Positions 29,601 through 37,413 of a stretch of DNA of 64,000 nt are shown one piece after another. Within the stretch, counting starts at the first letter, position 1; the number at the start of each line of letters is the position of its first letter. Location of the stretch: the NCBI GenBank assembly GCA_902524385.1, contig CABZCZ010000001.1, positions 135,941-199,940 of the forward strand, in the 5' to 3' direction. The translations under genes and the position numbers were made by a program. The notes under the pieces were generated by a model that was given only the letters and a program-made list of their open reading frames with translations, ran no database searches and had not been told where the DNA came from. Origin of the DNA: an uncultured Alphaproteobacteria bacterium. Lineage in GTDB: Bacteria > Pseudomonadota > Alphaproteobacteria > HIMB59 > GCA-002718135.

Positions 29601-31424
29601 ATGTTTAATTATAAAAATAAAACTTTAATTAACTTAATTTTATTATTTTTAGTATTTAATTTTATTTTTATTTCAACAACAGTTTTTGCGAAAAAAGACA
29701 AAATATTTATCTCAGATTTAGATAATCTTGGTAAATTTGAAGATGTTATAAATTTACCTGAAGAAATGTTTGAAGGATTCAATAATAACAGTTTTAAAGA
29801 AAAAGGAATGACTTCAGGAAAAAAAGTTGCTTATTATTTTATTACAAAAAAAAAGATACTAGAAAAATATCCTCATAACATGATGAAGGCTATGGCCTAT
29901 TTTGAAATATATTTTTTACAAACATTAAAGGATAAGGAAAAAAATTTAGAAAGATTTAAAGAAGATAACTATAATTCTAACGACATACATTCTATCAACA
30001 CCTTGCTATCATTAAATAAAGCAAGAGAAAGTATGAGAAAAGCTGTTGGCTTAACATTAGAAGATTCACCTGAAGAAGCTATAAAAAGATTTTGGCTAAT
30101 GAATACTTATCTTTCAAAAGGAATAATAAAAACAAAAAAGATTGATTCAAAAATAAAAAAAAAGATAAGTATAACAACTGATCTTAAATCTGATCTAAAA
30201 GGCCTTAAAACATTGATTGAAAAAGAATTAGAAGATAGACTTTTAAAAAAAGATTTTAATAAAGAATTAAAAAATTATGTAAGAAATATTAAAAAGAAAA
30301 TTGCAAAATTAAAAAAAATTGATCTTCAAAATATTGATTTTATAAATAATAAAAACCAGGAAAATATTATTTCCTCAAATCAATTGGAAGAAGTTATTAA
30401 TATTATAGATAATAACGTTTTATCTCTTCTGTACAATGATATTGAAATTTACAGTAATCATGATGAATTACAAAAATCATTATCCTTACTAGATTTAGCT
30501 GATTACGCACTTTCAAAAACATTAGAATTTTATCCAAAAAAATATGTATCAGATTTAAGTGAAGTTGATATGAGTTACTTAAGCGAAGAAGAATTAGTAA
30601 CTATTAATGAAATATCCTCACAGTCTAAAATTAATAATAAAATCAAAAATAAAGAATTACTCAAAACTTTATATACTTTAGAAAATATTGATTATGATAC
30701 AGTAAGTTTTATTGAAAAAATTAATAATCTTGGAATAGCTACAAATGAAATTAGCATTAGTTATCAATCCTTAGAAAAAATGAAAACATGGAATGCAAAA
30801 GATTGGGCGTCATCGTATAAAAATGAAATACCAAAAGAAATTTATGATGAAAATGGAGATATTGTTGAGGTTTTATCAGATATTAATATTGAAGATATAA
30901 AAGCTCAAATAGCTATAGATGAGTTTAGAAAATTAAGTGATGAGTTTTCATCAATTGCAAATGATATTAAAAATGAGAATTTAAATATTTCAGAAATTTT
31001 AGAAAATACAGATTTTTCAATTGAGTTAGATAAATATGATAAATTTTTTATGATTTATGGATACAGTGATTTTAATGACTATGTAACCGCATGGAATAGT
31101 AGTTGGGATCGTGATTATTCTCGTGATGAATTAGTAGATTTAATAAATCAACCACAAAATACTGATATCGCAACTGCAATTAATGAAGTGGATACAGATG
31201 GACTAGGATTTGATGCAGGAGCTTTGGCATCTAGTGTTGGGATGGAATTAGCTGATGTAGCTTCCCAAGTAGCTAATGCAGTTGCAGCAGATGTATCTGT
31301 TGATTTAGAAGCTGTTTCAAAAGGGCTTGGGTATTCAAGTTTTTCAGATGCTGTATCAGCATATAATGAGAAATATGGCACTAATTATACTGATGCTGAA
31401 GCAAAAGAAGCATTAGGATTATAA
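29601..31424 (+). CDS. large exported hypothetical protein, Lys/Glu/Asn-rich
   Basis: The ORF is open from 29547. ATG 29601 gives a signal-anchor (NLILLFLVFNFIFISTTVFA). The C-terminal 90 aa are Ala/Val/Asp-rich. No recognisable domain. Confidence 0.5.
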   Translation: MFNYKNKTLINLILLFLVFNFIFISTTVFAKKDKIFISDLDNLGKFEDVINLPEEMFEGFNNNSFKEKGMTSGKKVAYYFITKKKILEKYPHNMMKAMAYFEIYFLQTLKDKEKNLERFKEDNYNSNDIHSINTLLSLNKARESMRKAVGLTLEDSPEEAIKRFWLMNTYLSKGIIKTKKIDSKIKKKISITTDLKSDLKGLKTLIEKELEDRLLKKDFNKELKNYVRNIKKKIAKLKKIDLQNIDFINNKNQENIISSNQLEEVINIIDNNVLSLLYNDIEIYSNHDELQKSLSLLDLADYALSKTLEFYPKKYVSDLSEVDMSYLSEEELVTINEISSQSKINNKIKNKELLKTLYTLENIDYDTVSFIEKINNLGIATNEISISYQSLEKMKTWNAKDWASSYKNEIPKEIYDENGDIVEVLSDINIEDIKAQIAIDEFRKLSDEFSSIANDIKNENLNISEILENTDFSIELDKYDKFFMIYGYSDFNDYVTAWNSSWDRDYSRDELVDLINQPQNTDIATAINEVDTDGLGFDAGALASSVGMELADVASQVANAVAADVSVDLEAVSKGLGYSSFSDAVSAYNEKYGTNYTDAEAKEALGL

Positions 31425-32174
31425 TTATTCATCAATATAAAATACCTCTTTGTAAAATTTATCTTTAGGTGCATTAAAATTTTTCTCATTCTTTCTTAGT
31501 TCAATAAGACAGTGATCAATGAGATCAATTTTAGCATTTAAAAATTTAATATTTTGCGGAATAGGAATGTGAATAGGGTATCCTTTGATAAACTCTACAT
31601 GTAAGTCGTATCCACCCATATAAAATTCTTTTAAGATTTTACCTTTATTTAAGAGATAATTATTCGATGATTCATGAATAATGGCACTTGCTTTAGAATT
31701 ATTTCTTTCAAGAGACTCAAATAAAGTATTATTTTTTATAATTTCCATTGTGTAGGGATAGAGTTCTAATTTTTTCATATCACTAAAGGATAATTCTTTA
31801 TCAAAAGGCGTTAATTGTAATGTTTCTAACCGTACATAATTTATAATTTCTGGTGCATTGTCAAAAAGGGCTGCATAAAGGCTTACAACGATCCTCGTTC
31901 CAGTAAAATCAACTGTAGTAAGCTCATACCCACAAAGACTTACGTCATCTTGTTCATCAAAAACAACTAAAGGATCAAAATAAAATGTTCTTTTAGGATA
32001 TTCTTGTGCTTCAGTAATAATGAGTTTGTCATTTCCCTGATCAAGGGGAAGTTCTTTTTTAATAAATTCTTTAGAACTTAGTAATTGATCACCCTTAGCA
32101 GCACCAGTTAGAAGGAGAACAATAATAAGGAGGGAGAAAAGAAAAATTATAATTCTTTTGATAACTGGTGCCAC
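31425..32174 (-). CDS. hypothetical exported/anchored protein
   Basis: 249 aa. GTG start. N-terminal TM segment IIIFLFSLLIIVLLLTG. Confidence 0.45.
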   Translation of the reverse strand: MAPVIKRIIIFLFSLLIIVLLLTGAAKGDQLLSSKEFIKKELPLDQGNDKLIITEAQEYPKRTFYFDPLVVFDEQDDVSLCGYELTTVDFTGTRIVVSLYAALFDNAPEIINYVRLETLQLTPFDKELSFSDMKKLELYPYTMEIIKNNTLFESLERNNSKASAIIHESSNNYLLNKGKILKEFYMGGYDLHVEFIKGYPIHIPIPQNIKFLNAKIDLIDHCLIELRKNEKNFNAPKDKFYKEVFYIDE

Positions 32175-32269
32175 TAAAACTTCTATAAAAATAAATTTTG
32201 ATAAAAATGAGAAATCATTAAGGTAATATTAAGAACAAATCTTAATCTAAACATATTTTAAACCCGAAT

Positions 32270-33115
32270 TTGCCTAAATTAATAAATAGAAATATTTCTG
32301 TGGCACTGAGTCTAAAAAATATTCATTATAAAATTATAAAATTAATCATTTTAAAACTCCTCTTAAGTGCCACACCTTTATTAGCTCATTACGAACTACC
32401 AAGAGAGATTGACTTAATGATGATTGAACATGATTTAAATAAATGTTCCAAAGGTAAAATTGATAGTTATTTTTTTCACAAAGAAAAAGATCCAGATTAT
32501 TGGCTAGGAATTTATACTAGTTCTAATCTTGATTTAGAATGTCTAAGGGAACAATTTCAAAATAAGATTACTAATTACCCAGTTAATTTTTTAAACAATC
32601 CTAGGATTAAAGTTTCACATGATTTGAGCTATTATAAATCTTACATTACAAATTTTAATAGAGTAGTTTGTGGTGAAAGATGTTACCTTGATGAAGATTC
32701 AATTTTATTTGTAGATGATAATTATTGGTACATCTATGATTTATATAATTCTTATGGACACAAAGCGAATTTTATAAAAACTTTAGATAATAAAATTCAT
32801 ATTCAATTATTAGAGTCAACTCATATTAAAAATATTGTATTTGATATTAATACTAAAGATTTTTTATATCTTTATGATGGAATTTTAGAATTTCATGATG
32901 ATTATTATATTGCCACACATTCAAAAAGCTATTTTTATGGAGGAGGAGCCTTTTGGTATTCGGCTAAAAGAGATTATCAAAATAATATTTTAGAGTTAAT
33001 TGATTTAAAAACCAACTTTTCAAATTGTGAAGATACAAAATTATATTCTTGGTCTGGTCAATTATATGATTTTATTTTGGAAACTAATAATTTACAAAAT
33101 TGCAGGGAGCATTAA
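32270..33115 (+). CDS. hypothetical protein (first gene of the co-directional block)
   Basis: 281 aa. TTG start in the track, so the start is uncertain. Signal-like segment. Confidence 0.4.
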   Translation: MPKLINRNISVALSLKNIHYKIIKLIILKLLLSATPLLAHYELPREIDLMMIEHDLNKCSKGKIDSYFFHKEKDPDYWLGIYTSSNLDLECLREQFQNKITNYPVNFLNNPRIKVSHDLSYYKSYITNFNRVVCGERCYLDEDSILFVDDNYWYIYDLYNSYGHKANFIKTLDNKIHIQLLESTHIKNIVFDINTKDFLYLYDGILEFHDDYYIATHSKSYFYGGGAFWYSAKRDYQNNILELIDLKTNFSNCEDTKLYSWSGQLYDFILETNNLQNCREH

Positions 33116-33384
33116 TGGAATCTTTATCAAGGGTTATTTTATTTTTAACATCTTATTTTATCGTTTTAGCTTTATCTTTTAGCATCAATATAGAATTTGA
33201 ATATCTACAAAGTGGATTATTCTTATTTATTTCTATAATTATTGCATCTTGGCTCTATTATTTACATTTTAAGAAAAAAGAATCTCCAGAATTTCAAAAA
33301 GAAGTTTTGTATGTCATGTTTTTTCTCTGTTTTGTAACATCTACATGGTCATTTAAATTAAATTATTTTCATTTGTATGATTAA
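33100..33384 (+). CDS. small membrane protein
   Basis: 94 aa, 3 hydrophobic segments. It overlaps its neighbours by 16 nt and 8 nt. Confidence 0.4.
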   Translation: MQGALMESLSRVILFLTSYFIVLALSFSINIEFEYLQSGLFLFISIIIASWLYYLHFKKKESPEFQKEVLYVMFFLCFVTSTWSFKLNYFHLYD

Positions 33385-33688
33385 TAATTTCTGGTTTTAT
33401 TTTTTCCTAACTCCAGTCTTAGTAGGGACAATTATTTTATCTATTCCATCCTTTTATTACTCATCAATTAATCCTCCAGTATTTGAGGATGCTGTATCAA
33501 CATGTAAAGATATTAGTAATGAAGATGTTTACGCTACTCAATATGGAACGCTTCAAGATAAGTGCATTGCAAATTATATGGGAGAGCCAAGAGATTGGGA
33601 ATACTTTTATATTTTAATTAGCTTTATTGGGATAAGTTTTATTATACCATTATTGATATTTATAACTTATAAATTAATAGTTTCATAA
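33377..33688 (+). CDS. small membrane protein
   Basis: 103 aa, with TM segments at both ends. Confidence 0.4.
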   Translation: MINNFWFYFFLTPVLVGTIILSIPSFYYSSINPPVFEDAVSTCKDISNEDVYATQYGTLQDKCIANYMGEPRDWEYFYILISFIGISFIIPLLIFITYKLIVS

Positions 33689-33762
33689 ATCTTATTCATA
33701 TCAAAACAATATATGACTTTTTTTATTATTCTATATCTTCAAAATATAGATATAATTTAAAT

Positions 33763-33999
33763 GTGAAAAAAATTGAAATCGAAATTGATGAAAATATTGA
33801 AATTATAAAAAATACAATTTTGAGATTGAGCTACATATTTACAGATTATAATTTTTCCCATGAATATAACAAAATTATTATAGAAGGTAAAAATTTAATC
33901 TATGAAGAGATTAAAGAAAAGGTATTTTATTATATTTACAAAGAAAAGATTAATTTACAAAATGCTTCTATTCGAAAAAAAATTTATGAATCTTTCTAA
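33763..33999 (+). CDS. hxsD: candidate HxsD-like small protein
   Basis: 78 aa with a GTG start. It sits directly upstream of the first rSAM gene, coupled by TAATG, as HxsD does. Sequence similarity to the family motif is weak. Confidence 0.45.
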   Translation: MKKIEIEIDENIEIIKNTILRLSYIFTDYNFSHEYNKIIIEGKNLIYEEIKEKVFYYIYKEKINLQNASIRKKIYESF

Positions 34000-35417
34000 T
34001 GAATTTATTTCCATATCAATTTCATAATATCAATAATAAGAAACTTATTACAAATGATGCTGGAGAATTTTTTTTTACAAATGAAAAGCACTTAGATAAA
34101 CTCATAAAAAGAGAGATAGACGGTAAATTTACAAAGTTTTTGTTAAATAAAGGTTTTATGTATGAGAAAGAAAATGACCTGTATTGGAATAATTTCAAAT
34201 ATAAATTAGTAAAAAGAAAAAAACTACCTGATCAACTTAGTTATTTTATGATCATTCCAACTCTAAGATGTAATTTAAATTGCAGTTATTGTCAGGTTTC
34301 AAGAGTTGATGAAAAAGCTAAGAACTATGATTGGAGTGCAGAGGATTTAAAATTATTTTTAAATTTTTTAGAAACTAATAATACCACAAGAGGAAAAATA
34401 GAATTTCAAGGTGGAGAACCAACATTGCGGTTAGATATTATCAATAAGATTCAGCATTGGATTAAAAATAATAACTTAAATTTTGATTTAATAATTTGTA
34501 CTAATTTACAAAATTTATCCAATGATTTTAAAAAATTATTAGAAAATGAAAATGTATTCATAAGCACATCTATAGATGGGAAAAAATCAATTCATCAAAA
34601 ACAAAGGACAAAAGATAAAGGTACAACAGATGAATTTTATAAAAATTTAGATTTCGTATTAAAAAATTATGGAAATGATAAAATTTCAGCCCTGCCTACT
34701 TTTACTGATTTTTCTAAAATAGATGAAACTGTTGAATATTATAAAGAGTTAGGTCTAAAATCTATATTTCTTAGACCTGTTAATTTTCAAGGATTTGCCA
34801 GAAAAAAATATCCATCATCTTTAAATCAAGTCGATTTGTGGACAGATGCTTATTTTAAATCTTTAGATAAGATATTTTTAAATAATCATAAAAGTAAGGA
34901 TAGAATTTTAGAATTTGGATTTGAAAATATTTTAAAAAGAATTTTTAACGTTGGTTATAATGGTTATGTAGATTTACGTAGTCCAAATTTCTATGCAAAA
35001 GATAATGTAATTATTGATTACGATGGTAAATTTTACCCATCCGATGAAGCTAGAATGCTAACTAGAATTAAGTTAATGGATTTTTCAATTGGTAATTTGA
35101 GAGATGGCTTTGATAATGATAAGCTTTCAAAATTTAATTGGAATTCAATGAATGAAACAAATCCTGATTGTATTAATTGTGCATATCAACCTTATTGTGG
35201 AATTGATATTGTCGATGATATATCAAGATATAGTAGGGCTGATTTACCAAAATATTTAACTTCTTTTTGTCAAACTCATATGAAAAAATTTAATTATGTA
35301 TTTGATAAAATTATATCAATGGATCCAGTTAATTTATTTAATATTAATGGTCATCTAACTAAAAATTTTAATTATCAACCACCATTTGGACAAATTTACT
35401 ATGATACGACTCACTAG
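33999..35417 (+). CDS. hxsB: radical SAM/SPASM-type maturase (HxsB-like)
   Basis: 472 aa. The CxxxCxxC cluster motif is in IIPTLRCNLNCSYCQV, followed by GGEPTL. C-terminal Cys cluster NPDCINCAYQPYCG...FCQTH. Confidence 0.8.
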   Translation: MNLFPYQFHNINNKKLITNDAGEFFFTNEKHLDKLIKREIDGKFTKFLLNKGFMYEKENDLYWNNFKYKLVKRKKLPDQLSYFMIIPTLRCNLNCSYCQVSRVDEKAKNYDWSAEDLKLFLNFLETNNTTRGKIEFQGGEPTLRLDIINKIQHWIKNNNLNFDLIICTNLQNLSNDFKKLLENENVFISTSIDGKKSIHQKQRTKDKGTTDEFYKNLDFVLKNYGNDKISALPTFTDFSKIDETVEYYKELGLKSIFLRPVNFQGFARKKYPSSLNQVDLWTDAYFKSLDKIFLNNHKSKDRILEFGFENILKRIFNVGYNGYVDLRSPNFYAKDNVIIDYDGKFYPSDEARMLTRIKLMDFSIGNLRDGFDNDKLSKFNWNSMNETNPDCINCAYQPYCGIDIVDDISRYSRADLPKYLTSFCQTHMKKFNYVFDKIISMDPVNLFNINGHLTKNFNYQPPFGQIYYDTTH

Positions 35418-36492
35418 AACAATAGAACATGAATTAACGGTAAAAGAATCTTTTGTTGTAAAAATTGTTAATAAAAATTTTGAATTACTTGAAGAGAATG
35501 AAGCAATATCTAAAAATAATGGTAATTTCATAGAGGTTATTACAAAATATGGTAAATTTAAATTTGAAAATATAGATGAGCCATTATCAATAGATGAAGT
35601 TTTAATAATATTTACTGAGGTAAATAAATGTCAAAGATTCTTTAGACCATCAGCTACAATCAATACAATTTTATTAACGGAAGAATGTGATCAACTTTGT
35701 ATTATGTGCTCTCAACCACCTAAAAATAAAAGATACGATCATTTTGATCTATTTTATGAGGCTGCTATGCTAATACCTTTTAATTCGACTTTAGGTATTT
35801 CTGGAGGAGAGCCAACTTTACTTAAAAAAAATTTATTTAAATTCCTTAATAGGGTTATTACTGTGAGAAATGATATTCGCTTTCATATTTTGAGTAATTG
35901 TCAGCATATTGAGAATGAAGATATTAAAATATTAGCTAAATTGTCAAAAAATATTTTATGGGGAATACCTGTATATTCTCATATTCCTCAAACACATGAT
36001 ACTATTGTCGGTAAAAAAGGCTCTTTTGTAAGAGTTATGGAAAGCTTCAACTATTTTATACAAACTGGTTCTAGAGTTGAATTAAGAACAGTCTTGCTTC
36101 AACAAAATTACGAAGATTTACCAAAATTATCAGAATTTATAACTACACATCTAAACTGGATTGAGTTTTGGGCAATAATGCAATTGGAAAATTTTGGATA
36201 CGCTAAGATGAATTGGGATAGAATATTTTTCGATAATTCAAAAAGCTTTGAAAATTTAGGTTATGCAATTAACACTATTTCTGCAAAAAGAATGAATGTT
36301 TCACTTTATAACTTCCCTCTTTGTACAATACCAGATTTCTATAGAAAATATGCAGTTAGATCAATTTCTGATTGGAAACAAAAATATCTTGATGAGTGTA
36401 CGGGCTGTGTTGAAAAAGATTATTGTGGTGGATTTTTTGAATGGTACAATAAAGAAAAAGGATATAATAAAATTGGATTGAGAAAGTCATGA
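35386..36492 (+). CDS. hxsC: radical SAM maturase (HxsC-like)
   Basis: 368 aa (or start at ATG 35401). Motifs LTEECDQLCIMCSQ (CxxxCxxC) and GGEPTL, with a C-terminal CTGCVEKDYCGG. It overlaps hxsB and joins hxsA through an ATGA junction. Confidence 0.8.
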   Translation: MDKFTMIRLTRTIEHELTVKESFVVKIVNKNFELLEENEAISKNNGNFIEVITKYGKFKFENIDEPLSIDEVLIIFTEVNKCQRFFRPSATINTILLTEECDQLCIMCSQPPKNKRYDHFDLFYEAAMLIPFNSTLGISGGEPTLLKKNLFKFLNRVITVRNDIRFHILSNCQHIENEDIKILAKLSKNILWGIPVYSHIPQTHDTIVGKKGSFVRVMESFNYFIQTGSRVELRTVLLQQNYEDLPKLSEFITTHLNWIEFWAIMQLENFGYAKMNWDRIFFDNSKSFENLGYAINTISAKRMNVSLYNFPLCTIPDFYRKYAVRSISDWKQKYLDECTGCVEKDYCGGFFEWYNKEKGYNKIGLRKS

Positions 36493-37040
36493 TTAAATTT
36501 TTAATATCTACACTAGCGGCCGCAGGTTTATTAGATTCTCCTGAAAATATTGACGGAAATAATAAAGGTGAAGAAAAAACTAAAACAATTGAAAATGCTT
36601 TTTTTAACTATTTTAATTATGACTTAGGTTATACTTTGGCTGCACATAGCTCTCATGGATCACATGGATCTCATGGATCACATGGATCTCATCAATCTCA
36701 TTCTAATTCTGGACATAGTAGTCATCAAAGTCATGTAAGTCATCAATCTTCTAGCCAACCAAGTTCTCCTATAGTCCCTAAAGGTGGTAACAACGCTACA
36801 CCACCAAAATCAATTCTTCCGGAAACTCCTCAAAAATTAAAAGGCTCAATGGGAGAATTTAAAATTAAAACACTACAAGTTCAGGCGGTTCTTTATGCTT
36901 ATGGTTATTATAATGGATCACTTGATGGAATAATAGGACCAGATACTAAAATCGCGATTATGAATTTTCAAAAGGATTACGGCTTAACTGTTACAGGTAC
37001 TTTATCAGATGAATTACTTAAATATCTTCAAATCAAATAG
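36489..37040 (+). CDS. hxsA: His-Xaa-Ser repeat protein (HxsA-like) with C-terminal peptidoglycan-binding-type domain
   Basis: 183 aa. Signal-like N-terminus, HSSHGSHGSHGSHGSHQSHSNSGHSSHQSHVSHQS tract, Pro/Ser linker, and a C-terminal YGYYNGSLDGIIGPDTKIAIMNFQKDYGLTVTG motif. Confidence 0.85.
   Translation: MIKFLISTLAAAGLLDSPENIDGNNKGEEKTKTIENAFFNYFNYDLGYTLAAHSSHGSHGSHGSHGSHQSHSNSGHSSHQSHVSHQSSSQPSSPIVPKGGNNATPPKSILPETPQKLKGSMGEFKIKTLQVQAVLYAYGYYNGSLDGIIGPDTKIAIMNFQKDYGLTVTGTLSDELLKYLQIK
36645..36749 (+). repeat. in-frame His-x-Ser codon repeat, including 4 tandem CATGGATCW 9-mers
   Basis: 36654-36689 is CATGGATCA CATGGATCT CATGGATCA CATGGATCT. Degenerate CAT-NNN-TCN/AGT units flank it. Confidence 0.9.
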
Positions 37041-37413
37041 TTTTTATATTTTAACATTAGTCTTATTACTTGGAATAATAATTGGTTCATTATGGAAAAT
37101 ACCATTAAAATATTTTCTAATTAATATTTACCAAGAGGATTTTAGCGAGTTAGTTTATAAATGTGATAATTCTATGAGAGATCACTTTATTGCAAAAGCT
37201 CAAGTTTTAAAAAATTATAATGAAGATACTATTGAAAATTTAGAACAAACTGAATTAGGTTTAATTGATTGCCATGATTATGATTTATTAAGAAAAAAAT
37301 TAATTTTACTTGGTCTTACAAACAATGAACTTTCATATATGGGCTTGAAAGCTATAGAAAAAAATGGAGCTGATTTAAAAAAATTAGTAGAAATACATGA
37401 AATACTTTATTAG
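37009..37413 (+). CDS. hypothetical N-terminally anchored protein
   Basis: 134 aa with one TM segment (FYILTLVLLLGIIIGSLW). It overlaps hxsA by 32 nt and the next gene by 17 nt. Confidence 0.45.
   Translation: MNYLNIFKSNSFYILTLVLLLGIIIGSLWKIPLKYFLINIYQEDFSELVYKCDNSMRDHFIAKAQVLKNYNEDTIENLEQTELGLIDCHDYDLLRKKLILLGLTNNELSYMGLKAIEKNGADLKKLVEIHEILY

Noticed and set aside
33730-33756. 7-bp inverted repeat TCTATAT-N7-ATATAGA followed by TATAAT just before the hxsD GTG, considered as a possible operator or promoter.
   Set aside because: Short AT palindromes and TATAAT strings occur by chance at this base composition. The TATAAT is only 6 nt from the start codon. I kept it only as a note.
36296-36481. 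61-aa alternate-frame ORF near the 3' end of hxsC, considered as a hidden precursor peptide.
   Set aside because: It lies wholly within the hxsC coding frame. It has no RBS and no repeat or leader-like features.
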